Below are positions 1-13,499 of a stretch of 64,000 bases of DNA, piece by piece. The notes beneath the pieces are model-generated. The model was not told the origin of the DNA. It saw only the letters and a program-made list of their open reading frames with translations, and ran no database searches. The stretch comes from Phoronis australis. Taxonomy: Eukaryota; Animalia; Phoronida. The position numbers and the translations under genes were made by a program. The stretch spans positions 734,995 to 798,994 of the forward strand of contig NMRA01000013.1 in the NCBI GenBank assembly GCA_002633005.1, read 5' to 3'. Each line of letters begins with the position of its first letter. The stretch's first letter is position 1.

Positions 1-717
1 TTCTGTGTATAACTAGACGAGTTTTCCCGAATATTTTCGAAGTGAGCGCAGATGAAGCATACATGAGTAGTTTAAAAAAGTAGAAGGCCCCCAACAAACC
101 ATACTTTTCTGTTTCTTACATTTCTCAAATGCGCCTACTCCACACTCCCTACGCCTATGCAGGTGGTTACATACGAACCTATTGACGTTGATTTGTCATG
201 AAAACAGCAGAAATTGTTGTCTTATGTGAGTTTTAATTGCTTTAAATGCGCGTTGAATGCTTGAATTTGTGTCCCATGACCGATCACCCGGGACAGCCCC
301 TTAATCACAATCGACTTTTCATGGACAAGCGAAACTAATGATACAAAGGTACGTTTTGTAGCGAATGTTGTACTCTCGAATTTGTCGAGATCACGCAAGA
401 ACATAAATCATGCGAGCGCAAGACATTAGTGGTGTTGCATTACGGAAAGCGCCCCCTACCGGGTAATCATTTTATAAGTCAAAAGCTATTATATAGCTAA
501 GTGACCAACTGGTAACCCCATCTAACGTTCAATCTCGGACTCAACATATTTTTTCCAACCCTGCTTCTTTTGATGCAAAGATAGTTTGAACCGTAAAACA
601 CGCAAATAATAACCACAGTTGTCTACTACCATGAAACCAGTTTCATGTGTTCCTGTCTGTATGGGTACATTGCTCAACGAATTGAAAGGCAACCAAAAAT
701 CCTGGAGAGTCAAAGGA

Positions 718-853
718 TTCAAAATCAGCACATAGTAAAGAAAGACATTGCATTAATCGACGTTTCAGTTTATTGTTTGAGAATGGTTTAATGACAATAA
801 ACCGAAACGTCGATTAATGCAATATCTTTGTTTGCATATGCGCTGATTTTGAA
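718..853. repeat. Long inverted repeat / hairpin (about 59-bp arms, about 17-bp loop), probably a MITE remnant
   Basis: The left arm ttcaaaatcagcacat...cattgcattaatcgacgtttcagtttattgt pairs with acaataaaccgaaacgtcgattaatgcaat...atgcgctgattttgaa with few mismatches. Confidence 0.8.
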
Positions 854-899
854 GTTCGTACTCATATTTTGACCAAAAACAAATGTGATCAAAGAGTTA

Positions 900-1125
900 G
901 GGTTCCGTTTCATGAAAGTGAATTCATGGCAGAAACTTGGTCCTCCTCTGCACATTCGCTGATTAAAGATTTAGTTAAGTAGTTATGAGCGCATCACAGT
1001 CTTAAAATAATTTATAGAAATTGTCTCAGTAATTACCAGTTATATGTATATTCTCAGAGACTTTGGACTTTTGCTGAAATTAGATTTCTGTCTTCAGTTA
1101 ACTCACTTTTCATGAAACAAACCCC
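900..1125. mobile_element. Non-autonomous DNA transposon (MITE) with degenerate TIRs
   Basis: The left end gggttccgtttcatgaaagtga matches the reverse complement of the right end tcacttttcatgaaacaaacccc; no ORF inside. Confidence 0.5.
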
Positions 1126-3340
1126 CGGTCCCCTCTAAAATCAATGTGAGTCTTAAGTCACTAGTCTCACCTTCTTCTGCAACACCTTCATAGTAGACTA
1201 TCAAAGAATGCACCAGGGTATGTTTTCCTCCAGGTTTAGTTTTTATCTCGACATCGAAGATGAAACGTGCTAGTTTCGAAATGATCTATATTGGTTTGTG
1301 CATTTAGAAACATGAAAAGGTAGAAAAAATATTGCCTCACCACGTTTTCAAATTAAAAATGCCGAACATGAAAGGTAACGACAATTCACTTCGTAGTTTG
1401 TGCTATAGGATTGCTAACGTTGCCAAAATCTTACTGTCAGGCCGTGGACCGTAATTCCAGTCTTTTCATTCTGTGATAATGTCAGAGTGGCAACTTCATT
1501 TTTGTGTGGCAATTTGAGTTGCAAATTTTTTTACAAAAAGCGGATTTTCATGTTCTCTTACGGCCAAAAAACGAAGTTAGTTTAGTCGTCTTTACTCCGA
1601 CTCATTTTGAGACTTGCACTCTTTGACTAAAAATGTGGAAAACATCCTCCCGTAACAATTTTAGCTAAGGTTTCATGTTTTTTGATAAGCTGCATACAAA
1701 GTCGGGTAAACAAGGGAAAGCAAGGTTTGAACCTCATGTTTTGCCAGATGATGAGTAAAAAATAACAACAAAAAGGATTCCACGTCAATTCGTCTCATCA
1801 CAGGTGGATTTTCTTTTTGAAAAAGTGAGCAACTAAAAAGAATACCGCACCACTAACTAAATATACTCGATGTTCCTTTGTCTTTACCCTGACAATCATT
1901 CAACTGATGTGTGTCAAATATTCAATGATAGTTATTCGAGAAAACAAATTTCACAGTGGCGGCCTTCGAAGTCTCATGTGGACTTCGTTTAAATCCATGC
2001 TTTATCTAAAAGCCACTATTTGTCAAACAAGATTGAATTTTCTTTCGTCTATGATTAATAGTACTAGCGCAGCCACTAGGGCCACACAGAAGCGATGCCC
2101 TTCTGTTCATTGCTAAAAAGCGCTCCTCCGGTCAAAACCTCTTTCAATTTTGCCATCCCCAAGTGCTCCCAGGTTGCCACTCATTTCAATTCACCCCCAC
2201 CCTGATGCACTCCAAGAGGTCGTGAAGAAACTGAATTCACGGGTAGAGGGATTACCATGGTTGGTAACGTTGTGTTAATTTAATGATTTTTGGAAAAACA
2301 AGTACTTTCTTGATACACCTATAAAAGAGTTGTGTGTTGCCAAATTAACTGCCTTCATTGTCAGGTTAGTAATACATTTCTGTTCACAACTTCAATGACG
2401 ATATTAAAATGTGTGCAACGGTAGTTCCAAATTTCATTACCAGGTAAGGTTCATAACTTCAGAAGTTTGCCTTAAATTTAAATTTTAATGTGAAAATGTC
2501 ATGATGCAGCCTGTGGAAATATTATTTGCAGCAAGGCACCTTAAACACAACTATTTGCATCGTTAATCACGGATCCATCTGGGTAGAAGGTTACTTAAAA
2601 TGACCTGTGACAAGTGGAAACAGTGGTTCTTGTGGACGTTATTTGTGGACAGTAAATTCGTTCTAATACCAATAGCGGATGAATGTGGCCTACATGGCCA
2701 CGGACTTCAATAACCTCACTCGGGAAGAGTCTAATGGCTATTTATAAATAAGAAAAATCTCATGATTTCCAAATCAGGTGTTCTATGCAATGGGTCCGAC
2801 GTATGGGGTCCGCGCACGTCCGATGCAATTAAAGTATCGGATCGCTCGCACGATTTTATTTCCATTGTTTTTAAACATGTTCTATTCGATGTTCAGTTCA
2901 CAAAATAAGCCAACTCAAAAGTTAAATTTGATGGAAAAGAGCAGGTCTAAACATGGGAACTTTTACAAAATCTGGCCCCCGAAAGTAGACACTGAAGTGG
3001 TTTCATAAATTCCCTGTGGCCTTGTGATCTTGTATTGTCAAGTTAATTTAAAGTTGCCGAATCCTTATTTTTATTGCTTGATTTGTAACTGAAATTAGAC
3101 AAGATTTTGCGAGTTTTCATAAAATTTGGAATTTTTCCACAAACACAGACTTTTCTGGGTACGCGATAAAGTAATGTTAGTGAAAGCAAGGAAACGCCGC
3201 TTTGGGGATTCTATGTACCCGGGTCAAAGGTTACAACCATTTCGATGTATAACATACAGACACTCCGTTTAATTTGATTTTCAAAATATTCTTAATCGCC
3301 AAATTCGGGTCCTGCAACTTTGATTCGTTTAGACAACATT

Positions 3341-5788
3341 TTATTTCGGTAATAAATTTGCATTGAAAAACTTGTACAACTTAGGCCAAGGTCGCCATTG
3401 TGGACATCTACCTTTGTAGTCCCACCACTGACCGATGTCCTTGTAAACTTTTTCTTCCTCCTTCTTGTCGTGAAGCTTGGAGCACAGATTACAGAAGGAA
3501 AACACAGACGTGCCTTTCTTGCCATTTTTAGAATACCACAAACGCACATTATGTTCACGTTTATAAGTGAAATAATCGTTGTACAAATGGTCGTTTTGGT
3601 CTAGAATTTTTATGTAATTAGCCAGATCTTTTGGAGAATCGAAGTCCCCAATGTTTATATAACTGTGCTTCGGTAACACACCCGCGTAATCAGCCCCACC
3701 GTAGACAATGGGGACGCTGTCCTGTCCATATGCGTTATTATATAGCTTTTCCGTGACGTAATCAATACAAATCATGTTTTCCAATGCTAAGTAAAACTTG
3801 CACTTTGGCTCATATGACATTTCCTTACCACATTTTCCAAATATGGAAACGTTCACGTGTTGCGCGAGATGTTGCACATACCACTCTCGTTTACTTCCCG
3901 TGTGGCAATGACTCACGAACCAGCAGACGAGATGTGTATGGTTTCGCGAATAATCTTTGCCAGCCAAACTTCGCTTCTCTTGATCCGGACGACTTACTTT
4001 TTCAACCCATCCGTAAGGAAAGTAAATATCAGAATCGCGACGATAACTCATGGTCCAATTGAAAAATCCATTGAATGGCACCAAATCCCTGTAAAATTTA
4101 GCTCTGACGGCCATTTCGAGAATGAAAAATATAAATCTCTGTTGGCGCTTTCGGCGTTTAAATACGGCATCTCTTGGATCCCATCGGCCGTCTGTTAAAG
4201 GGAAAATAACGGCGTCGCTGATTTCTAAATCGGATTGATTCCTAGATAGCTGACACTTTACCGGACATTCGTCAAAAGCAGCACTTTCAAACTCCAACAT
4301 CCCATACGACCAGTCAGTGAACAGGGGCCTCCAGAGGAGAATAGTCTTTACGATCTTATCGTTGTTTCCATGGAGATGTTTTTCACTGAATGAGAAAGTG
4401 TCCAAAACTTTGTACGAAATGGTGCCATTTCCGGTGAAATAACCTGAAAAGATAGTTAAAGGTGCATGTCTATCCAACATAAGGGCTTAACTTGAAAACC
4501 ATGACTGACTGACATAGTTGACGGACTCTTAACTAACTGAGATTAGTTTTAAGAATTCCCTTACATGACATAGCAATCGGTCTCCTGTACTTCCAAACAG
4601 AACTGCGAGTTCACCTGAAGCGGCCCAACTTTGGACGGGATGGTCAACCCCGTAATAAGTGATCTGTTTGACTTAATGTTCAGTTGCCGATACCTTTTAC
4701 TATCCTTTAGGGCAGAGAAATAATTTTCTATCATAGTATGAAACGCCTTGAGACAAAAACTATCAATTACTAATGAATACACCGGCATGTACATGTAGGG
4801 CGCGTCATCCTTAAAATGCACGTACACCTGATGATCGGAGATCCGGTATTCTGAAACACAGTCGACAAGGCGTAGAATGATGTATTCGCAGGTGGCTTGA
4901 ACAAAGCAGGATGTGTTTATGCAGGAATGACCCACTCCAAAAGGTGTCAAAAAACGCAAATTTTGACTTCGTTTGTCTCCTGGTGTCAGTTCAATTTCAG
5001 TTTGTTTCATTTCAAGATACCAAAGCATAAAAATTAAGACAGAGCTCACGGAATAAAAAATATCACGATCAGTCTTCACGAGCCACCCTTCAAAAGGTCT
5101 ACCTACTACGGCGGTATTGAAAGGACAGCTGCGTTTGTTTTATCTATCTGTAGACCTCCTTAAAAATGGCAACTTTCGTATATCTGGCCCAGAGACGTCG
5201 ATGTGCTACTTTAGTCCAATAAAAAGTAGCCAGAGACAGCTTAGTCTCAACCAATGAAATCAAGCCTTACAACGAGTGTTTGTTCGTCTGTGCCTCAGCA
5301 AGAGATGACAAAATCAGGACAAGATTTTCTTTTTCAAACAATTTTGTTGAGCCTAGACACAGAACTTCGTTTTACTCTAAGTCCTTTTTATTCAGGCCAT
5401 TCAGCAGTTGAACGACTTGCCAAATAGTCTAAAGGAGGCTGATGGTTGTGATGACGTCAGACACAAACTCTTCAGTTATCTGTGGTTGTGGTCATCATAG
5501 CTGACCCTCTCTTCGTCACTTCGAGTCAATGTATACACCACATAAAAGTTTTAAAGTTTTAATTTAATATAATTTATTTAAGTTATTTATGTTATTTATT
5601 TATCTTTTAATTCAATTTGTAAATTTAATTTGTAAAGCACGTTTTTAATATCTATTGTATTTTATCCTCTATAAATAAAGTTTATTATTATTTTTGTTGT
5701 TGTTATTATTATTATTATTATTGTTGTTATCATTATCATTATCATCATTATCGTTATTATTATCCTCATCAACATCATCATTATCGTT

Positions 5789-5850
<62 letters not shown>

Positions 5851-6602
5851 TATTATTATTGTTATGATCATCATTATCATCATCATCATCATTATTATTA
5901 TTGTTATGATCATCATTATCATCATTATCATCATTATCATCATCATCATCATCATTATTATTATTATTATTGTTATGATATCATTATCATCATCATCATC
6001 ATCATCATCATCATTATTATTATTGTTATGATCATCATTATCATCATCATCATTATTATTGTCATTATTTTAAAACAACATATTCCTCTGCTGACGACGG
6101 GCGACGGTGAGTATTATATTAATCCATAACAGTACAGACCGCGGCCACAAACATGCGCTCGTGCAATATGGTCTTCTGATTGGCCATTTTGAAACGAAAA
6201 CTTAAAGTAACAGAGATTGTTTAAAGCTTTCACAGGGCCAAAGGTACGGAAGTCGCCACTTCTTTCTGGGAAAAGATGGGAACTTTCTACCTTTGTCCCA
6301 GACAGAGAAAAAAAGAAACACATATGTCCTTCTAATAGCACCGTAGCTTACAGCACAACTGACAGAACTCGGTCAGGTTAACCAATCATATTTCGCTGTT
6401 CTGAAACAACTTTGCTTGCTCCGACAACAAGGTGCTTGTCGAAGCAGACCTAGCTTTTGCTCGTATGTGCATGGGGAAAAGACTGTGTGTCTGGGTGCAT
6501 TTTTTACCTTTACCTTGGTTTCGAAGTATACTCACAGGTGAATAAAACAATAATAAACACAGAAAACACAGCAAAAAATATGACGCGTCTGTAGAACTTC
6601 AT
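3341..6602 (-). CDS. Alpha-1,3-fucosyltransferase (GT10 family), type II Golgi membrane protein, about 389 aa; coding exons 6602-6536 and 4443-3341
   Basis: Exon 2 carries GT10 motifs FNWTMSYRRDSDIYFPYG, WFVSHC, FGKCG, KFYLALENMICIDYVTEKL and VPIVYG. Exon 1 reads MKFYRRVIFFAVFSVFIIVLFT (signal-anchor) and ends at a GTGAGT donor in phase 1, which joins in frame to the ttttcag acceptor at 4444-4446. The total of 1170 nt is a multiple of 3. Confidence 0.9.
5690..6068. repeat. Compound (ATC)n/(ATT)n trinucleotide microsatellite in the fucosyltransferase intron
   Basis: Directly visible catcatcat/tattattat arrays. Confidence 0.97.
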
Positions 6603-7999
6603 GCTTGCCCAAGAGACCATAAATCACCTGAAACAAATGGTTGAAATTAAAAAAGCTGTCTTGCGGGTTGACTCTCCAGTGACAGACCCAAACTTTTTCT
6701 AGTATTTTTTCAATATAACAAGGAACTTTTGTAGACTGTTAATTTCATGTGCTTTGCTCATGCTGATGTTGAACGTTAGCGTCTTCGGCAGCGTCTCATT
6801 GGTTTACCGACGCTTGTTGCATTTAGTCCAGTGAAGCACGAGCAGGCGTGAAATAATGCCTGTAAAGATGGCCGAGTTGAGCTGACTAAAAAACGTTTTA
6901 CAACTACAAATTCAAGGACGTTTAAAATAGGTGCCGGAAATTTCCACCATCAGCATCTAAGCACAACTCGATGCGTCTTTCCAAACTGAAAAACGCGCTG
7001 CTGTATGGAATACATCGATCGAATGCGAAAGGGACACGCTGTTAAGCGACCTTGAACAGTCTTTTCGTAGCAGGTGCTACAGCGGTTGTTTGGAATAGAA
7101 TTGTAAAACGTTTATGCAAAATTTCGGATCTCTAACTAAAGTAGGAAGAAGAACAGCAAAAATTTGGTGTCGATTTCGGAAGAATTACCCTGTCTGTAAT
7201 TTATTACTTGGGTACATATTGGGACGAACTAAACAGCATGACTTTGAGAAAGTTTTAGGTTTCTTCAATGACACTCCAAAACAACGTTGACGTCGTTACT
7301 GTATTAGCTCGTTAGTTCGATCATATCTGACGCATTCTGTTCTGGACGAATCAGCAAATCCTTTACAGGCCTTGTGATTTTTGTGTGCCCGAGATTTGTT
7401 TGTCTAAATTAAAAGAAGGAAACAGACCGAGCTATTCAAACAAAAAAACATTCTTTCATATCGAAATTTAAGCCTTAGTATCTTACCGTTAAAAGTCGTA
7501 TCACTGCCGAATTCTACGACTGTGCTAAACGTAAGGACACTGCCGTGAAAATAACATATTAAACAGTTTGACCAACACCAGGTTCTGTAACTCAGCCCAT
7601 AATGGAAAGGGAAAATACATTCTCTGTGATGAATGAATGTTGAAATACTTGTAGTCACTTTATAAAGGAAAATAAACACGAACGAAAGCCAAGCTTACAC
7701 TCATGCGAGGACCCTTTACTGACGAGGAGGCGCTTATGCCGACTGATTGAATTCCTAAGTCCAAGCGAGACGGTATTAGCGCGTTTTCGACACTTGTTTC
7801 ACCGTGGAACAAAAGTCAAAAAACGTCATCAGCAAACAATGCGTTTACGTTAGTGATTTACGCCTCTTAAATCTTCAAAGGCAAATAGACCGACACAATA
7901 AAATACGACAAGGTACCTAATTAAAATAGCCTGTTTATACACAAATATATACGGAATGTATTTAAGGTGAAGCAAAAGTAGTTATTTGGATTTTTCTGG

Positions 8000-9005
8000 T
8001 TAAGGTGGCACATGACAACTTTTCGAAACTTTAGAAGTAAGCTTGTGGGCCTGAATGTACAGCTGTAGTTCGGCTACTGCTTTTCGCAAAATCGGAAACA
8101 AGAGGATCACGTTTTACACGCCACTCTAGTTGAGTGATCGGTGCTTGCAAAAGCATTTCTACCTAATGGTGTTTCATGCTGTACTGTTCTTAATTAGACT
8201 TTAGATTTTCAATGGAAGTTTTCCTAACAGCCATTATTGAAGGTTATATAGGGCTTTCGAAAAATGGTCAAATTTGGCAAACATTGGAACACCATATCTC
8301 AGAAAATGGCCGATCGGATTCAAGTGAAACTTTCGGACACCGTTATCTATGTACTCGTTCTTCTAAATGCCTAAAGGAATTGTTGTCCACTTTTGTATGA
8401 GGGGATATAAAATATGACTTTTATGGGTTTTATGAAAAAAACCATAAGCTGTGTAAAATGAAAACAAACAGATAAGTTTTTGAAATTTCATCTTCAACAT
8501 TTATACTAAACAAAATTTGGTTATAATACGTTATTGATACCGTTGTTATGCAATCGATGTACTTACTATTCTGCTAAATTCTACTTAAAAGCATGGTCAC
8601 GTTATCTAATTATTGTTACATTGGCAAAAAGCCAAAAGTCAAAAAATGTTCAAGCTTCCTACTTTCAGAAAACACAAACGTTCACTGGATTAAAATCTAT
8701 AATTTTGTGGTTGTCTAGCCTAGCTAGTAGTACACATACGTATCGATAAGGTCCTACGACCTCATATGACCCCTGTCTGCACGCTCATAAAGGTATTACT
8801 GTGGCACAGTCTCTTGAAGTGTACCTTTGACCTGAGACGTTTATTTATATCGCAACAATTGAAATGGTGAGGGATCTTTTCAAGAAAATGAAATACACAA
8901 CAATACGCCTTTCTTCTCCGATTAACAGAAGTAATAGTGCATCACAATGTACATTGTATGTTCTCATTCTAGTTTAACTTAATTTCCTCACGTGTCGCCT
9001 CTGAA
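8000..9005. mobile_element. Probable degenerate non-autonomous DNA transposon (TTAA-flanked, Kolobok-like)
   Basis: Left end ttaaggtggcacatga and right end tcacgtgtcgcctctgaa form imperfect inverted termini; non-coding interior. The family assignment is inference. Confidence 0.35.
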
Positions 9006-9087
9006 GGTGACTTTATGAATGAGGGAGACCACGTATTAATGCAGATTATAAAGTGTTCTACATGTTGCTGCTTTATTAGTATTTACA

Positions 9088-9235
9088 CAGTGGCGGATTT
9101 AGGGGGGGGGGCAAGGGGACATGACCCCGCCCCCACATTCTATTTGGCAGTTCCGGGGTGCGAAGGACTGACGGGCTAAATCCTGGGTAATACTCTACCC
9201 TGGCCCCCCAATTCAAAATCCTGGATACGCCCCTG
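9088..9235. mobile_element. Short MITE with CAG(T/G)GGCG TIRs and a 5-bp flanking duplication (ttaca)
   Basis: cagtggcggatttagg ... cctggatacgcccctg, with ttaca at 9083-9087 and 9236-9240. Related fragments lie near 25545 and 33280. Confidence 0.7.
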
Positions 9236-10873
9236 TTACAAACTTCAGTTACTCATTCCAAAACAAAGCTTTAATGTATATGACAACATTCATTCAGAAC
9301 ACGGATAACTTCAGTGTACCGTATATTCGGAGACAAAATGTTCTTCTAATTTCATTTCTCAACTCTACACTCTATTCTGGCAATGCCAGAGATTTAGCAA
9401 TTTTCTTTAAAAATAGCTTTGAATTCCAGATGGACAACTGCGTTGTTGATCCGCTTACTCATTCCTACTACTTTGCCAACAGCAGCTAGTATACTGCGTG
9501 AAAATTCTGTAATCCCAGCAGCCCCTGTCATACAGTTGGGTTTTATCTTTATTTAAGAAACTTGAAAGCTGTACTATATGTTACCTTACAGTTGTTTCAG
9601 AGACACGCCACTATAGTGCGTACAATATAATACTCTGCACACTGATAGAAGTTTAGTTGTAAACAACTTTCTTTATATAATCACTTTTATCAATTAGAAT
9701 CCTGTTTTTTTTGTAGACGACAGCCTGATACTTTAGAACACAGTTCCTACAATTGTACAGAAACAGCTAGATTAGAAGTACTTGTCCGCCAGAGGAAACA
9801 ATGCAGTTATTACAAAAATATAATTATTATTTTATTAGGAGAGGTATCAGATAAACAATCGCAAGTTTCGAAATGGATTTGATATCCTACTAAAGTAAGA
9901 CGTACCGTTCCAAATATTCAAGATTGTACTGCTTCATGAGAGATATCTGGCAGTGAAGTGCCCTCTATGATCAAATGTGTGCTTATCGCCTCAGAAGTAC
10001 AGGAACACTTACCGTTTTTCAATCGCTTCTGTTTACCATCTGAACTGTAAAGGGGCAGTATCTTTATGCTACCGCTCAAGCGGCACAAGTGTCTTTCAAT
10101 ATTGCACCTGCAATGATCCTGCAACATAAAACGTCCATGCGATATACGTAGTGAAAAACAACACTATGTAAGTAAAGGGACAATATTGCAATGATTAGTC
10201 ATCATCGAATATCGTTCTACGTCGGCGCTTTTGTGATTCACAGTGGAAAAAAATATTCTCTCACCTGCACACGGTGGTATAAGAATTTCTTGTAAGAGTC
10301 CTGAATTCCTGTTATGATGACATGTGATTCAAGGTATGTTCATGTAAAAAGGCTCCAGCATATGTCAGTTCCGGCCTGTAAGCCAGTGGTGCTTCCAGAA
10401 TCTGTTGCTTACCAATAGTCGTACTTCGATGACAAAGTGGACGGGCTAAAATGTCCCATAACTAAAACGGTGATTGCATGACGAGACCCGGTCCAAATGA
10501 TGCTCCTACGAAGATGCCGTCTTCATTCAATCACCTTCTAAACTCTTCATCTTTCACGTTATTAAGATAAAAAAAACAGGGCGTGCGCATTCCATATTGC
10601 TTGGCTATTGTTGTGGTCTTATACAATGCAAGTGAAGCGAAAAAAAATTTTCCTGTTTACACTAGAAAAGTTGACACGGATCAGCTGACACACAATTATG
10701 TGTGTGAGGAAAACTGACACGGAGCAAATCGAAACCACGGTGACAACTTTTGCTTCTCGTTTGTGAGCCAGAGCTAGATGAGCCTCCATGTCAGCTATAT
10801 GCGTCTAAACGCTAACTGGAGAAAAGCGGAAGGTATGATCTCCATTGAGCTTGTGCAAAACCAAACGCTCATA

Positions 10874-10876
<3 letters not shown>

Positions 10877-10914
<38 letters not shown>
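10877..10914. repeat. (CA)n microsatellite
   Basis: Directly visible. Confidence 0.97.
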
Positions 10915-10920
<6 letters not shown>

Positions 10921-11069
10921 CTCAAACATAAGCAGAGTGGCAGACTATCGTGAGACTACAGCGATATCACCGCACACACACTAAGTCCATTTCCTTGGCT
11001 ATGCAAGAATTTTTCCTTGCGTTCTCTTGTTCGGACGCTATATCTTGTATATGACGTTTAAATTTTGAG

Positions 11070-11230
11070 CACAGCCCCAGAAAGCCCTTTCGCATCATAT
11101 CCAGGTTCTCAATCACACTGACTTGAAATCGAGCTCAGATGATCAGCTAGGAGACACCTATGTAGTGCTCCACGATTGTCAGCCAGTAAAGCCAGGATTC
11201 GAGCCCGGGTCTAGTCCCAAACGGGACTGT
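11070..11230 (-). mobile_element. tRNA-derived SINE, 5'-truncated or degenerate copy
   Basis: The reverse complement reads cccgtttggga..gacccgggctcgaatcctggctttactggctgaca...gtctccta...tctgagctcg...gagaacctg, matching the copies at 35887 and 38905; includes a B-box. Confidence 0.65.
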
Positions 11231-11756
11231 CTCCTGTCTCCTCCTATGGGAAGTCATCAGAAAGCCTCGAGGGGTTGAGAACCACTGAAGTGGGGTGTGC
11301 TGTCTTCAAGAACTTCGCCTTATTCGCATCGCTTTTCCATAGAGATTACTAAGCGAGCGCACATTTTCCCGAATAAAACATTTTTAAAAAATCACTTTGC
11401 TTCTTGGTTTCGTTCTAAATATTTTACCTAACCCAGTATAACTTCCCACTTTGTTCAACTCGGCGGAAAATCCTACACCGCCGATCAGAGATTGTCCCAA
11501 GAGTGATTTTTGCGGCTCCCAGGCTAAAACGTCGGTGTATAAAAGCTCAGGCCTTTCACCACACCCATGCACTCAAGTTCAGTTTACAGTCTGAAATTTT
11601 CCAAATTTGTCACTTACACGTCTCTGTTGTGCTTCATTGTGTTGTCTGTGATTCGAGTTATTCCGGAACTTAACCGGCTCTGTGGTATCAAGATCCGGAA
11701 AAACTGTCTCTCCATTCTGTCTTGCGCCAGATCGGTGTCAACCTAGACCTGTCTCC

Positions 11757-11905
11757 CGTTCAGTAACGCTAGGACCTCGCTAAAAAGCAAGACTTCGCGA
11801 GATTACGTGAGAAATTGCCTTGTATTTTAATCAAGAACACGTGACTCTGACTAGGTTTTAGCTAGGTCCTAGCCTAAGTCCTAGCGTCTACTGAATGCAC
11901 GCCCG
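11757..11905. mobile_element. Small MITE-like inverted-repeat element
   Basis: ttcagtaacgctaggacct pairs with aagtcctagcgtctactgaa. Confidence 0.5.
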
Positions 11906-12210
11906 CAGTAACTGCTGAAGCCGAGAAATTCTTGCGTTGTGAATTAATCTACCTCCGTCAGTTTAGACATCACACAGAATATTTATACCAAATGAATTTT
12001 TGTTATGAGCGTTCTTTAGCAAAATTACACATTCTCTACTTTCAGAAAGTCCATACTATTGGCGAGCTTTTAAAGTCTACAGTTATATTAAGTCAAATGC
12101 ATAGACTTGTTGGTAATGGAGCACTCAACCTTATTTTTGAATGAGGCCTTCGGCCCTATACCACAGTACAGTGATACTCTAATCATACCTCGTCCAGTAA
12201 CACGCGAGCA

Positions 12211-12283
12211 GACCTCGTGGCCTAATGGAGAAGGCGTCTGACTTCGGATCAGAAGATTGCAGGTTCGAGTCCTGCCGGGGTCG
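12211..12283 (+). tRNA. trnR-UCG: tRNA-Arg (anticodon TCG)
   Basis: GACCTCGTGGCCTAATGGAGAAGGCGTCTGACTTCGGATCAGAAGATTGCAGGTTCGAGTCCTGCCGGGGTCG forms a canonical cloverleaf with intact A and B boxes, followed by a TTTTT Pol III terminator. One D-loop T>G change relative to the 25051 copy. Confidence 0.95.
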
Positions 12284-13499
12284 CATTTTTCACCATAGCA
12301 ACAAAATTAACTTTTATTCATAATTCAGATTAGTTGTGAGGTTTTCTGTTGAGACACCAATTAAGTACAGATTGCGTAGATGAGCGTTGTTCACCCAGGT
12401 GTGTACAGTGGGACCTTTCTTAATTTGAGCTAGACTAGAAAGTCAAATCAAGTTACCCACCGATAGCTGAATGAATTGAACAACTGGGCCACACTGAGCA
12501 CCAAATGACTAATGACGTACAAAGTGCACGCCAAAAAGGTCCCGCCAGAAACTCAAAATTGGTCTAGCTCAATAGTTTGATAATTCTATTCCACATGATT
12601 CTGTACATGGCACCGATCACTAAATGGTTTATGACAGAAACAAATATACGTAAGGTTGATCTCACCAGATACCCCAAAAAATCTCACTCGCGGAATGCTG
12701 TGGAGGAGGTAAGCTATATAGAGAAGATATTAGACACACCATCAAAAACCAATTTAAAATTAAGTCATGCCGTAAAGAGCGCATTGAGGAAAATTTATTC
12801 TAGAAAGGATTCCCCTGAAACCTAAAAATGCACCCCCAAATTGAGCTAGCGTTCGAGGCATTATTTAGGTCCACCCTGGAATGAACTCTCGTCTTTCGTG
12901 GAGGTAGAAAAAATAAATATATATTACATGACTAACTTACCCCCCCCCCGTGTCCTGTCCGATCCTCGGGATTCCTGATTGAATGGTAATGGTTGGGTTC
13001 ATGTTTTTCGGACTGATTAGCTGTTTTGAAGGTGCGGGAGTCTGTTTTCAACTACGGGATATCTGTTTTACACCGGATTTCCAATTTCTATCGACTTCCT
13101 TGACTTAGTTTTGAAAATCTCAGCCCCTCCGAGTTGACGCACAAATGAGAACAATTTATTCAATGCGCATCCAGCATTGATGTTTGTCGTTTTTGCCAAG
13201 TTCTTGAAGTCAGCGTTGCAGCTCAGAATGCAATTATACACGTTTTTCCGCATTGATGAATTCATTTAGATACGAGAGTGACTTGTGGATCGTGTATATG
13301 ATCAAGCAGGACAAGTTATTGACATATGTATTGCATTGTGGGTAAATACTAATGTAAAAAATGGAATCGACGAAATTCAACGCCGTTTGGTAGAGCAATT
13401 GTTATTAAAACCTTAGCTATTTCGGAATTTAATTTTTGTTGTCAAGTTTACAGATACTACCAGTAAAGGTTTTGGATTAATTGAATACGATCGTTCTTA

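Noticed and set aside
4561-5079. 172-aa minus-strand ORF in the FucT intron
   Set aside because: Non-ATG start, no recognisable domain and no supporting splice structure; likely a chance ORF.
5662-5955. 97-aa poly-Met/Ile ORF
   Set aside because: Translation artefact of the ATC/ATT microsatellite.
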